The notes under the pieces: generated by a model | What the model saw: only the letters and a program-made list of their open reading frames with translations | What the model was told of the DNA's origin: nothing | Databases searched by the model: none | NCBI GenBank assembly: GCA_951804945.1 | Contig: OX638152.1 | Coordinates: forward strand, 66,216,001 to 66,280,000 | Length of the DNA: 64,000 nt | DNA from: Podarcis cretensis | Lineage: Eukaryota | Direction: 5' to 3' | Part shown: one piece after another, positions 38,382 through 53,182 of the stretch | How the letters are laid out: every line of letters begins with the position of its first letter | How positions within the stretch are numbered: the first letter of the stretch is position 1 | Program-made: the position numbers and the translations under genes

Positions 38382-40412
38382 TATTCAGAAAACTGAAGGG
38401 AGTGGCACAGTCCAGCTGAGCAGCATAACATCTGTCCCCTTTGAGAGTCGGGTTGCAGTTCCATATGGATAAGTGAAGTTTGAGGTCCCCTGCCTGTACT
38501 GAAAAATTGTAGCATCTCATGGGGTAGTCATGTTAGCGGATAGAGATTTAGATAAGGGCAGTGTTCAAATTCTGTTTAAGTTGGCCTTGAGAAAGCCAGT
38601 AGCAGCCAAAACAAAAATGATATGTTATCTACTTTTGTAAATTTTTCTTACTTCTTTACAAATGTTTTTCATTTCAAGTCCCTAAGGTCTTTATTTGGAA
38701 AGTTTTAGATACCTACTTATTCATCTCATGGTGCATTTTGTTAATAAGCATGCACTTATTGTTCAGTTTAAAATGTACGTGGTACGTTGGAATTCAAATA
38801 ATTTTACGTGGTCTTCTGCAAGCCCTCCAAAACATTGTTTGTGGACCCCCCCCCCTGAGAAACTGCTCCAGAAGATTAGCAAAAGTGGGTTCTGCCCTGG
38901 TACACTCTGAGGCTAAGATAAAGGGCAGCTTCTCCCACAATTTCTGCCTTCATTCATCCCTCTCTTGCATGGTGCATCTCAAGTAGGTAGCAGAATGGGA
39001 TAGGGAAATTGACACAGTTCTTATGCACCCAATTGCTCTAGGTATCTGCATAGGCATTTTTGGATCCTGACCTACAAGCAGTGTGGTAAGAATTTTCTTC
39101 TACACCACCTTGTTCTCACCCAGGCGAGGGACCACCTTTAAATAAAACATGGAACCAAGGAAGAAAATCAAGTCCGGCACCCAGTTAGGGACCCAGAGTT
39201 CATTAGGTAGTATTGTAGTAGGTCAGAGCCCAACTTAATGTGGTTGTTCTAGCCGAACCGCCACTTAAGAAGAAGGTTTGCCCAGTGGAAAATCAGAACA
39301 TAGCTTATATAGTAACTCAAACACAGCACACAAAGAGTCAGAAAACATCAAAGCATTCCTAAACATACTTCTGCATACGTAAGGTTACAAGTAAAACATG
39401 CATGGCTCCATACTAGTAACTTCATGCCCACAACTACCTTGGGGTGTCCCTAAGTGCCCAGGCCATTTGGGTCTCAAATGTCCTACTTTATCACTGTTTC
39501 CTTAGCAACCAGGCCTTGGACAGGGCTGTTGACATTCCTGTCCCTGTCTTGCTTCCCTTCATCCCCGAGCCATCTCAGGAAGCTTCAAAGATATGTTTGG
39601 ATTCACTCCCCAGTCCTAACTAGAACAACATCTTTAATGACCATTTGTGCCACCTTCAGGGTTAGATAGGGTTTATTGCTTATGGCCTAGAGATTATGCT
39701 GTAGATTTGTCAAAGGGGAGAAAGAAGGGCTTTTCTGCGGGAGGATCCTAAAAGCTCCACGCAGGGACACCAGAACACCAGAGAATGCGAATGCAGTGTA
39801 GCCATTTGAAATACCATGGAATTCCATGCATCCAAGGCAAGGATATAAGGGAAACACCTTCTTCCTTGGATAGGCTACTCACCAGAGCAGGAAGACGATT
39901 ACAAACTGAAGATGGGAGAGAATCTTATATGTACCATGTTCAAAAGAGGAGATAAGGCTTCTTCCTAAGATACTGATTTCTAATAGTGCTGAGCCAAATG
40001 TTTGGGGTCACCATTTTTAGCACAAAACGGTTTTCAGAGAATCCAGAATGATTATTTAAAATTTGGCCCAGTGATGTCACTATTAACAGCAGAATAAGAA
40101 AGTAAACAAAAATGGCATTTAAGCAAAAGCTGTCTCCAGCATTTCTGTCCAGACTTAATTTTTGAGTTGGATGTTATAGGTTGAAGTGACTCTTTGTGTT
40201 TGCTTTAAAACTTGTGTGTATATTGGTTGTGAAAAAGGGTAAGTACTTGAAGTGTTCCTAATATAAAAGTAATATGTATTACATTATTAAAATCACAAAC
40301 CTTTCCTTCATTTGTGGAATACTTAGTTTTACTTTCCTTTGAAATAACCTTTTAAAATGTATTGTTACTGTTATGTTAAATATTTGAGGGAATATTTTCT
40401 AAACGTGTCTAA

Positions 40413-40682
<270 letters not shown>

Positions 40683-41884
40683 TAATCCAAGTAGCTCAGG
40701 ATGTGTGAAACATCATATAGACTTCACGGAGTTGTGCAAGAATAATCCCTATTTAATGGCGGTGCAATATTTTGCAGATTTCAGAGCAAGAAATTAGTAG
40801 TTTACCATTGTAAATCCAGGAAATACTGCTTTCTACTCCTTAAATTAGAAATCTCATGTAGGACCTGTAACAAATTGTGTGCAGTGTGGAGTGCTCCTAT
40901 TCAGAATACTCAGTTGAATTCTGCTACATAGTTTTCCATCCCCCTCCAATGGACAGTCACCATTCTGTGGCATGCTCAGTTTTCATTGGGTTTTTTGGGA
41001 GCAGGGAGTTCCCCACAAGGGTTTTCTCCCTGAACCTGCAAACACCTCGCTCCTGTATATGAATGGTGTGATTTTGGCTACATAAGAGACTAGGAGAATT
41101 GTGATCACTATTAGTATATATGATTATTAGATTTATCATAAGATTGGCGCTCTGAGCTCTCACAATCTTTGTAAGAAGAAAGGAGAGACGTATTAGTGCT
41201 TTTTGGACTGTGAAACAGAGTCCTAGAAAACATTGAGCAATAATAAGAGGCAGTCTCCCTTTCTATGTCATAACTCACATGTAAGGTCAGTTTTAAATTA
41301 AAAAGACTGAACAAAAATATAGTTGCATTTAACAAGTTAAGGTCTCTTCAAGTCATATGAGGTTACCTAAACAGAAGTACACTTGAATTCAGGAGAAAAT
41401 GAAATTATGTACACATATTCTAGATCTTTTGCCTTGTTGCCCATTTTGAACTTTTTATTAAAAGTAAGTATTGCTTTTATCTTTTGCATTTTGAGGTGTA
41501 AGTAATGTTGTTCACATCTTTAGAGGGGCATGTCTTTAGGACCTCAGAGAGTTATTGAGGGGCTGCTGAAGGCTAAATCTGTGGGTGGGATTCACCTAAC
41601 GAGCTAATCCGTGAAAGCCCTGCTCAAGGATTTTTGTTTGTGCAATTAAGCTTCCCCCTCTCTTGCACAGATAGAGCCATTGGAAGAGAGTAACACGGAA
41701 TTCCACTTATTATCATTAGAGATAATGTAGAGAGAGAGATATGGCTTTAGAGATACAAAGCCATGAGGACATAAATAACTTCATAGCTTCATTGTCTCCA
41801 GCGTGTTAGTTTCAGCACCACTTTTAATGCTGAAATTGCAATGAACAGGATTAACTTATTTTTCCCTATTTATCCTCTTCACAG

Positions 41885-41993
41885 CAGATTACTTTAAATC
41901 TCCTGATCTAACGTTACATGAGCGTTTCTCAAAAATAGAAGATAAGCCATTGGCAAATGAAGTTAAAAGACATTCAAATCCAGAAATTCACAG
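41885..41993 (+). CDS. BCLAF3: BCLAF3 coding exon (ADYFKSPDLTLHERFSKIED...NPEIHR)
   Basis: cacag| (cagCAG tandem acceptor) ... AG|gtaaaa. Confidence 0.92.
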
Positions 41994-42997
41994 GTAAAAT
42001 AAACGTACATTGGTCCAGTAAAAATCTTGTTCAGTAGTTGACAGATCATTTCTTTGCTACCTGGCATGCCTCTCACCATGGTTCAAAGTTCGTTTCCATA
42101 TCCTGGCTTGTTTGGAAGCTATTAACCATAGCTTCGTGTTCAGATGTAATGAGAACTGTGCTTAGCCACAGCTTGCTTGCGCAAAGGGAGCAAAGAAGTG
42201 GGAGCAAAGGGACTGCATGTGCATGCATGAAGTTCATTCATATCTTCACTTTCTATGCTAAGATTTGATCATCAGAGTGCAGTTGTGGAAACTTAGCACA
42301 CAGAGTACAGCATACATAGGCCTGACCTATATTTGCTTTTTGTTGGTTAATGACTTTCGTTTATGCCTCCGGGGTTTCAACCCTAATAAACATAAATTAC
42401 ATGACTAGGAATGTATACCGAACATGGTGGTAAAACACAGCATTATCTTGAATATGAATGTGACCAAGCAGACATGTCTTTCCCATGTGCATCAATTCCT
42501 GGCCTCTGATTTTTGGACCCTCTCCCGTTACTCCCATAGTCCATGTCAATATTTCCCAATCTGGTGCCTTACCACCAGCTCCACCAGCACCAGTAAAACG
42601 TCTAGTAGCTCAATGGTTGTAAAGATGCATTATGCAAGTATTTTTGTACTGTCACCCATACTTGTGTTGCTCACCAACCACACCTACCCCCTGCCAAACT
42701 TCCTTTGCTAACCTCCCACCCCTTCCTTTCACACGTCACCCAATCATCTCACAGCTCCTTCAACCTCATGGGCCACCCACTTGCCCCCTGTGCCACCCTC
42801 CTCACTTGTTTGGTTGACCGGCTTAGCTCGCTTTCTCTGCCTGCTGTTACCATCCTACAACATGCCACATAAACTGCAGCATGACTTTTTTCTTACACAA
42901 TATTATATAGTAAGATAATTCAGTTCCTATTGAAGTTAACTTTCTTGCTTCCATTTGACCCTCTTACTGATGCTGAATGATATGCTCATTACACCAG

Positions 42998-43061
42998 GAG
43001 AATCGATATGTCTTTGGCAGAACTTCAGAAAAAAAGAGCTGTTCCATGCAAGTCTGAGCAG
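42998..43061 (+). CDS. BCLAF3: BCLAF3 coding exon (RIDMSLAELQKKRAVPCKSEQ)
   Basis: accag| ... CAG|gtatgt. Confidence 0.92.
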
Positions 43062-43684
43062 GTATGTGTATTTTATTTTGGAATGTAAGGAAAGTGTATT
43101 TTCAGTGACAATATTGTAATTCTATAATATCTTCATATTTTAAAGTGGTATAGACTAACTTAAATAATTTGTACCGGAGGGATATATATATTTAATTTAC
43201 TTATATTTATATCCCATCCTTCCTTCAAAGATACCAAGCAAGGGTTTGTGATTCCCCACACACACATAGGTGCTCCCCCACCCACCCAAACAACCCTGTG
43301 AAGTATGTTTTGTTGAGAGTGAGTGCCTGGCTCAACGTCAAGTGAGCTTAATGGCTGAATAAAAATTTGGACCTGGGTCTTCAAAGCCCTAAATCAGTGG
43401 GGACCAGTGTGATGCCCTCCAGATGTTAATGGAAACAACTCCCATCATTGCTGCCTGGGTCTGATGCATATTGAGTTCCAGCACCATCTGCAGGGCACCC
43501 TGCTCTAAACCACTATGCCGCATTAGAATCTTACGTCAACATAATCTGTGACACTGATCTCTAAAATTTGAAGCTCTTTGTTTTGTTGGTTTATTTCTTC
43601 TAATACTAATCTTGTTCATAAGAGAAAATGAAGAAAAATAAAAGTGAACTATATCATTCTATAAGCCATTTATTGTTTCTTTAG

Positions 43685-43804
<120 letters not shown>

Positions 43805-45099
43805 TAATTGTGTTCAAATAAATGGTTGCACTTTTAAGTTCTGTTGCATTATATGAACTTTAAAACATATTTCATTTTAGAGTATTTCCCCCCCCCCCTT
43901 TCCCCTCATCATTTTCAATGTAGCACTCAAAGACACTTCTGAAATCCTATGTTTTTAATTTTCTATAATGTATTTAAAGGATAAATTAAAGTTAGTTTTG
44001 CTTTTGGCAATAATATTTATGTCCTCCTTTCTCTGACGCAGTATATTGTATATGTTAGTCCCAATAATAATAGAGATGAGGATGAGAAGTCAAACTAGTT
44101 TAGATGCTAAACTGTCACCATGCTATGTTAGGCTGTGTGAGAGTAATGATGGACATAGGGTGTAGAAAAGTCTATTCCATTTATTCCTTCCTTTCATCTC
44201 TTGCTTGAGCTCAAGTAGGACTATACAGAAGGTTTTTGCTTTCTAGCCGCACAGCCCATTAGAGATGTCTCTTGCCTTTGGTGGTATGGTTAAACTTTGA
44301 GTCAGAAGTCCAAGGGTGGAGCTCTCATTATGTTTGCTTCGATTTGTCTGGCTGTCAAAGCCAGATGATGCCCACTCTGCCTGTAATCCCATTCTGCCAA
44401 GCAGCATCTTCTGGATCTCATCTCCCTCCGAACTAGTCACAGTTTTCCATGAGCATTTTCTCTCCCCATTCATGTATTCTGGAGAACAGCTGTTACTCTT
44501 TGGTCATCTCTACCACATGGGAATTACAACAAGAAGACTGATGATGTGCATGATGCATAGAGACAGGAGCGAGACACTGACTCTTATTGTCTGCCTTCAA
44601 CATCCTTTTCATCAGTTTACCAAAAAAATATGAATCATGCTATTTTGCAGTACCTAAAAGATAATGTAGCTAATTGGCTTTATGGAGTGAAGTCCTAATT
44701 ACATTGCTAACTGTGTATATATAGGGATGCTGGTATTGAATATGGTAATTGCAAGTGTGTAGTCTCTTCTATGACGAATAATTCAATATTCTGGGATGCT
44801 TTAGTTTTTAAAAAAAGTTTTGTAACCCATAGTGATTTGAGGAGAATTTTGAAAATGTATGGCTGATTTTTCTGAGAGTTTGTGATGCTTGAGGTCGAAT
44901 GAGCAAGTGGACCTGGTATGCATGTAACTATCTTGTCTGTCTTTAGATTCCCTGTACCCATTCCCTTGGCCCCATCCTGTTGCTATTATTTCTTGGTTTC
45001 TTTCTCTGCAAACGTTCTGTCTGTGCTCTTCGCCTTTCCCTCATCCTTATAAATTTTCAAATGGTTAAAACGCTGGATTTTGGAAGTCTTATTTAATTA

Positions 45100-45592
45100 C
45101 CGTATTTTTCGCCCCATAGGACGCACCGGCCCATAGGACGCACCAAGTTTTTTTGGGGGAAAACAAAGAAAAAAAAATTTATTTCCCCCCCAGGCGCTTG
45201 TGGGGCTGGCAGCGGGGAGAAGCGCTCTTCTCCCTGCCGCCCGCCTGCAGACCAGGTCCGGGGACAGCGGGAGGATGCGCTGCGCCTCCCTGCTGTCCCC
45301 GGAGCTTGTGGGGCTGGCGGCCGGGAGAAGCACGCGTCTCCCCGCCGTCAGCCTCCAAACCACATCGGGAGACAGCGGGATGGCGGCGTTCCGCCTCCCC
45401 GCTGTCCCCCGACCTTGTGGGACTGGCGCTGCGGCTCTCCTGAAGCCTGGAGAGCGAGAGGGGTCGGTGCGCACAGACCCCTCTCACTCTCCAGGCTTCA
45501 GCGAAAGCCTGCATTCGCCCCATAGGACGCACACGCATTTCCCCTTAATTTTTGGAGGGGAAAAAGTGCATCCTATAGGGCGAAAAATACGG
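45100..45592 (+). mobile_element. Tc2/pogo-like MITE with a different internal hairpin array (copy 2)
   Basis: Same TIRs and 3' ~150 bp as 17218-17819; a different ~108-bp internal tandem unit. Confidence 0.85.
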
Positions 45593-47657
45593 TAAGTTGT
45601 TTAATGAAAAATCTGATCAGTGAAATTTGGTTTAGATGGTATAGGATTTTAAAATTTCACAGTCCACATAGCCGTGACCAACTGCGACAGCAGTGCAAAG
45701 CAATATATCGTGTCTTCAGTCACAGTGTTTGCAAAGTGCTGTCTGGCAAAGCTGTTCTGGGTGATGTATGGCCTGGTGAACTCTGGATGTCTCTGCTGGA
45801 AGATGAGTCATTCTTGGCTCTCTATACTGAATTTGTCACCTATTTTGTAGACCATATTACTCAATATTTAAACAAAGTTAGATCTTCTAACTGAATATGG
45901 AGTGTGAATTCACAGTGTCAGGAATTTAGCCTGGCTTTATTCGTTGAGATAATTTTAAGTCATTGTTACATCCAGTGAGCATATAGTGCTCAGGGGTACG
46001 TGACTGACTCAGAATAGTTCTGGCCCACAAAGGCCTCTTGGAAGAAGCAGAATTCTTTTATCAACTCCAACCATTTGCCACTTTGTCTGCAATGCTTCTC
46101 TGCACTTGGATACTCTCTCCTTTTTAAACCACTAGTTTTTCTGGCTTTCAGCTTGCATATGTTACTGAGAATCTAATGCTCCTATTTTATCATCTCTGCC
46201 TAGCATAATTGGAATAATTGTATCCTGTTGACCCTCTTGCATCTTCCATTCCTTTAAAACCTCTAGAGAAGATTACTGTAATGTAAGTGGCTGCCCACAG
46301 AGACGGCTGGGATGCTTCAGCAAGCATAAAAGTAGTGGCCCATTTTCTGACCAGATGAATTGTCAAGATCCCAGTTCCTTCTACCTGTTTTCCATTGTGC
46401 TCTCTTTTGATCTACTGAGAATGCCCTGTGGAAATTGATATCCATGTGGTACATCCACTCTATGAAAGGATTCTCAGTGGCTACCTCACTATTTAAGTGT
46501 CCTTCCTCACAACATTTCCAAATAGGAGGAACATCAGTAAGTGCTTTAAAACCTTACAGAAACTGGCTTTCAGTTGCCAGCATTATTTTGGTGGGTACTA
46601 TGGTTTACATTTGATATTTTCTAGAAATATCTTTTTGTTTGTTCAGTATCTGGCCAATTGTGTTTACAGATTTAAGACATATCACGTAAATATTTGGTAA
46701 TTTCCCAATTTTATGCATTTGAAGCAAAATACAGCTTCTTATTCTTGACAGTTTGGGGACTTCATATAGAACTCTGTAAAGCTGATGCATCCAAGCTTAA
46801 TGGAAATAATGCAGAGAAAAAAGGATTTCATCCTAGGTATTTGCATAAATACTGTTTGACAACTCATAGTTTGCAATCATGCAGAAACTTTTAATTTCGG
46901 CATAAAGAATGTGGCACAGGCAAGGATGCTTTGTGTATATGATATTTGTTGTGGAAACCTATCGCTTTCCATGAGACTCTTCCCTCTTGTCTGCTTGTTT
47001 TTGTCTGAAAAAGTGTCTGTTTATGAGAAATGTCTTCAGCTCTCAAAAATGTAAGCTACCCATAGTAACAGGAATACACATTAATTTTTTAATGGATATT
47101 GGCTGTTATTGATTCATCCAACAGAGAACCTGCATTGCTTTTATATTTCTTCCCAGTCAGGTTATGAAGGCTTCATAGCAACATACTCGAGAGTTACCTT
47201 GGGTTTATTTTAGTGACCTTTACATTCAGTACTCTGCATTTTTGTTTGCATGGAAATTTTATTTCCTTTTATTTTACCCTGTTTAGTCATAAAAACCTAA
47301 GTGGTTTATGTAAAACATGCATTAATATTACTGATAAAATCAGATATTTAAAACAAGCTAGCTTCATTTTCTTCAAAACCAACCATTTTAAAAATACACA
47401 TTTAAAAATTACATATTAAAATACATGCCAAATTTGCAGGTCTAGGTAGGCTTGCTTAAACAAAAAACTTTAGCAGGGATTGAAAACAGTGCACTGAATG
47501 TGCCTGCTTGATATCAATGGGTAGGGAGGATTAGCCTGGCTGGCTGGTGAGCTTATTATCATGGATTTAAAAAAAATAAATTGGTTATTTGATCCTAATT
47601 TTAAAATGCTATGGCATCATTTTAGTTTTCACAGCTTTTAATATTGTGTCTGTTTAG

Positions 47658-47772
47658 GGATGAACAGAGTAGTAGCTTTCCAAAATTACGAAACACTCAA
47701 ATGTATGGATTCCAAAAACCTGCGAGATTTCTAAGACCACCTTTCAGGAAGTTTATTAGGAAACCTCACATG
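47658..47772 (+). CDS. BCLAF3: BCLAF3 coding exon (DEQSSSFPKLRNTQMYGFQKPARFLRPPFRKFIRKPHM)
   Basis: gtttag| ... ATG|gtaagt; phase 2 to 0. Confidence 0.9.
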
Positions 47773-50700
47773 GTAAGTTGAAAGTATTATTACTTGAACA
47801 CAGTGTCTGACTATTAAATTATTTCTTTATCAGGTAGTCAGGGATGCATTTTTGTAGCCCATTAAAAGCTGCAAACACTAACAAGGCTTATCTTCTCCCC
47901 TGTATATAATTTTTTTGAGGAAACCCCCAGTTTAAGTTATTTTCAGGCTGTATAATATATATAAAAACAATATAATGAATGACTGAGTCACTACAAGCTG
48001 GTACTTTTTATTTGTATTGGGATACCTTTTACAATCTTTTTGTTTTCAGGTTGTACAGTTCAATAGTAAACAAATTGTGGCTTGACAACCAATGGAAGTT
48101 TCTACACTCTAGCAGAAATATACTAAAAGTTCCTCTGAAAATGGGCTAAGAACTTTTCTCTTTCCACAGAGCCAGCACAGCCCTAACCTACTCACTTTCA
48201 CATTCATATATAAACCCAGCATATCAGACAGAGCAGCTAGACTTGTATCTCCCCACATCTCATTTTCTGCATGATTTTTCTTCAAACTTAAACTTTGCCA
48301 CCAACTCCCTTGCAAATGTACTGTACACAATTGAGAACACAATCTCTCACCCACACACTTCCTCAACAAACAAAAAAATCAGTCCTGGTTTCTCCTAATC
48401 CTGCCCTAGCAGTTCTTGAAAAAATAATTTTCTGCTCAACTCTCCAACTTGCTTGCTTATTTATTTAGGTATTTTTGGGCCATCTGCAAATATCTGCAGA
48501 GGAGATTTCTAAAATACATTGTACAACATGTATCTCAGGAGGGCTCTGTTCTTGGCACCCGCCCCTACATAGGGCATAAGTTGTCCCTCAGCAGGAATCT
48601 GTTTTCAAGACCAGGACAGAAGACCAATAAACCATTGTTTTGTTGACAGAAATCTGCTCCCAGGTTCCCCCCTCCTTTCCTTGCAGCAGCAGCTCTTGGC
48701 TTTTGTTTGCTTGTTTTCAATTTGCCCAAAGCCATTATAGAGTGGCTGAGATGAGTTAGGGATGAACCACAGCTTCTTTTTTCCTTCATGATAATCATGA
48801 GAGGGTGTGGAAGAGAAGAAGCCAAAAATGGAGGCAGCTCTTACTCTGTAGCTGAGGGATTTGTAGAGAACCAGCATGGGGAAAGGAGATGGAACCTGCT
48901 GAGGCTACGATGAGCAGCAGAAAAGCTTGTACAGAAAAGGAATTTAAGAAATGGTCTAGCTGACTCCCTTTTAGTTAGCCAGTTAGGAGACTGGCAGAAA
49001 TAGTGACTCAGAAGCAGCAGTTGGTCTGGCAGTTGAGTTTGCTGACTTAGTTGAGGAAATGCCAGCAGATGTTTCAAAAGAGCAAAATACCACAACTGCT
49101 TCTTGCTGGAGGTTGGTCATCAGATTTAAACCATGGTTGGTATGGCTGAGACACCCCCTTTCTAGTACTTCAGTACTAATCTCCCTGCTTTGTAGAGCAA
49201 CAAATATTACTGCCTTTCTCCACTGCAACAGGACTCTTCTCTTCTAGCCCTGCTTGATTTGTTTGTTTGTTTGTATGCCATCCTATATCTGGAGTTCTCA
49301 GGGCAGTTCACAGGATAAAATCATAACATAGAAACACGAAATACACAATCTATATAAAAACAAAAACAACCCAATAACCCCCACATTCATTGCAGATGAA
49401 TTATTACCTTTGAATCAGGTTCAGGGTTATACTGTAAATGCCCAAATGTTGTTGGTTTACTAATTGATTATCTAGGAAGACAAAAAATGTTTGTAAACTC
49501 ACTTGCAATGGACACCTAAACAAAGAAACATCTGATTCTGGAATATATCCTCTCCTGTGTTTCCTGCAACTGTTGAAGAAAAAAGCTGTAAATATGCCAG
49601 AAGAAGTCACATGGGCAGATAGATAGATAAATGAAGGAAGATAATCATACTGGCAGATGGAAAGAGTTGTGAAATAGAAAAAGGGAGAGGCCATGTTGTC
49701 CCGTAGCACATTGCACAATTACACCTACACACAGTTCTATGTCACTATTTTAAGGGGTGTCAGTATTGCAAAATAGTTGCACAGGCTAAAAAAAAGAAAA
49801 ACTTGCATCTCTGGTCATAACCACACAAAAGAAAATATTTCATTTTCAAATACATATTTATATGGCTGCCACTAGCTTATGTTTCCTGAGCAGATATATC
49901 CTAGACTTCTTCGCACATCATGATAAGCCAGTATTCATGACATAACTGTGAACAAGCAGATCTGCTGCTGCACACTTCTGAATTTTCCCCATTTTGTTCC
50001 ACCCTGCCCAGAGTCCAGGAGCAACATGTCACAAGCTTTGCTTTAGCATTTTGTGTGAACCAGCACTAGTAGTTTGTTTCTCTGCAAATAAGCCACAACT
50101 GGAAGCAAGAGATTTTGGGGAGGAACAAAATGCAAGCACTGGTTCAGAAGCCAAGGCTCATGGTTTGTTGTTCCCCAATCCAGGCAGGGTGGAGCGAAAT
50201 GGAATAGATTCAGCACTGTGTATTAGTGCGGTCCTTGCTCATGGTAAGTCATTGCCATGTAATCCAACCCACTACATTAAAGAGCAAGCTAATAACAAAA
50301 AGCAGTAATAAAAGCAGTAAAACATGGCATAAAGCTCCTTTTAAATACAGAAAATAGCTCAATAGCATATTATCACAAACCTTGGCTCTTTTGTTGTTTG
50401 TCATATCCCATATCAGAGTCTATATAATGTACAGAAATACTGAAATGTTAATTGTAGTTAACATTAGCTACTATGCAGTGTGAATAGCCAAAGGATATCA
50501 GTTGGATAATCCTTGGTTGATGAAAATAATTTCTTTACCAATCCAGTAGTGGACTTAAATGTATGCCAAGAAAGGCATGGAAATTATGAAGCATAGCACC
50601 ATTTAAAAATTTGCTTTCCCTGTGAAACAGTTTAAGTAGTACATTCTACACAGACGTCATTGGGGTCAGCAGTACTCAACCATGTAAAGTTCAAAAACCT

Positions 50701-51804
50701 ACATAAATCCACAGCTTTTGTGACATTTAAAGTATTTTGCCAATAATTTATGTATAACATAACAGTTGCACAAATATAACAGTACAATAATAGTGAATGG
50801 GGAATTGCCAGTAACAATAACAGCAAATCTCACAACGTATCATGTGCTGCTTTAGGAGCACATTTCAATCACTACATGTTTGGTGGAGTTAGGGTGTTAC
50901 TTGCTTGAAAATATTTGCAGATGCATCAGGGGTCTCAGTGACCCCAAAAGCCAGATGTGCAAGTTTTGTGCAGAATGATAGCTATGATTGGGGGAAAGAA
51001 AAGGTTTTTTTTATTCATGGCTTCCTTGGAAAATATCTGAGTCCATTACTAGAGGTTGAACTGACCCCCCCTCCCCCCCAAAAAAGCTGTAAGAGCAAAA
51101 GCTCACTAAATTAAAACACCACATGGCAGTTTACACCTCATTGTTTAGGTATAACAGGAACATCGAGAGTTGTGGAGGACTTGACACAAATGTTTTATGA
51201 ATCTTTTGGGGAGTGCATTCGACCCCAGCTTTTGATAGAAGGTTAAACTGTTAGGAATAATTATTCTTCATAGTTATTTCCCATTTTGATAGAGTCATGG
51301 AGAAGATAATGTAGCTGGAGCTTGAGTATCAAAAAAGGAAAGCTATTTGCAGCTAGGAGTGGGGGTAAGGTGGGCTTGAAGAAGGCCTTTCAAAAGTTAG
51401 CAGGGAAAATAAGGATAATTCTAGATGCTACATTCCCCTTGGAGATTATCTGTTCAGAATATCTGCTCAAAGGTGCATTCGTAGCACTATTTAATAAACA
51501 TTGGCTACTCACTTGGTCCTCTTTTACAAATGCTGCAAGGATTATGTGTCATCTAAGACACATAGAACCAAAACTGCCATGACAAACCCCTCCAAAGAGT
51601 ATTAGTAAGTCATTTAGGTTGCTTCAGAAACAAAAAATGTTATTATTGTCACTTAATGTAAACCATTAAATCCACAGAGAGGGTGTGTGTGTGCAACTTT
51701 ACAATACCTGTTTTAGTTATAATTGAAAAATTACAGTATAATTCATAAAATTTTTGTAAGAGTTTAAGTGTGTAGATATTTAGTGTAATTTTCTTTTAAT
51801 GCAG

Positions 51805-51900
51805 AATCATTATTATACTTCAAAATCACATGGTGATATTGCACATGATCGGTTTGAAGACAATACTGAACATCATGAAACATTTCGAAGACCCTTCAAG
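51805..51900 (+). CDS. BCLAF3: BCLAF3 coding exon (NHYYTSKSHGDIAHDRFEDNTEHHETFRRPFK)
   Basis: aatgcag| ... AAG|gtatga; 96 nt, phase 0-0; ends RPFK as in the recalled orthologue. Confidence 0.85.
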
Positions 51901-52936
51901 GTATGAATTCTAATTTTGCTAAATTCTAATGGAGTAGCAGAATTCATTTCTCTCTCTCCCACACCCCCTTTCCAGGTTGCAGTATCTGTTTAACTACATT
52001 TGAAAGATTGCCCTGCAATAGAAAGAGCATCATTGTCTTTTTGAAAAGCCATTGTTTATGCCAGTTGCAGAAACAATTGCATTATAAACAAAGATGCCGT
52101 GTATCTCTTCCTACCTGTTGAAAGCGTAAAGCTGTACATGGATGAATTAGTTTCTACTAATAGTAGGAAAGAAAGTAATTAATTTAATCTAGAACAACTT
52201 GTTTCTCTTTTATTGCATTTGGGCACTGTTAATTAAGATATTGTTTCATTTGCAAAATGTTGCTTTTACACTATTTGGCATCCTCTTCATTTGTTTTACA
52301 AGATGCACAAAATTGTTGATTGGTTCTGAGAAGGTGTTGTGGTGCACATTATCCCTTGGCTACATTGCCTGTTTCCAAAACTTGCTGTGAAAATAGATTG
52401 TTTTTGTAAGGCTAAGCTTATTCTCCACCCCCACACCTCTACCCTCACCCCCGAAAAAGGAAAGAAAAATATGGATTTGAAAGTATGAGATAGATGAGAG
52501 AAGAAATCGGCACAGTCGATCCCCTTTTGCTTCATTTAATCATCAGAAGCAGTTTTGATAAAGGAGCAGTGTATTCTCAGTTTTTTGCCTGGATCCAAAA
52601 GAAAATATCCAGATTTATTGACATTTGATAAATGGGCATATCCAGTATATGGATGTATCACTGGGCATCTGTTCTACTGTTTGTATTGTGTTGAATTATA
52701 AGAGACTTAAAGATGCATTATTTAAAATTCCTAAACATGGCATGTTTTGAAAGTTGTTTCCACTGTACCATGTGAAGATGGTTTGTGGTGCTGTATTGAG
52801 TCTTGAAGGGGAAAAGATCAGTATCTTTTAAAAAAAAATACATTAGTCAATAATTTTAAAGTGTACATATTACTGTATATCAGATTAAAGGGTCAGAATT
52901 CTGAAAATTGTTAATATGGCCATTCCTTTTCTTTAA

Positions 52937-53182
<246 letters not shown>

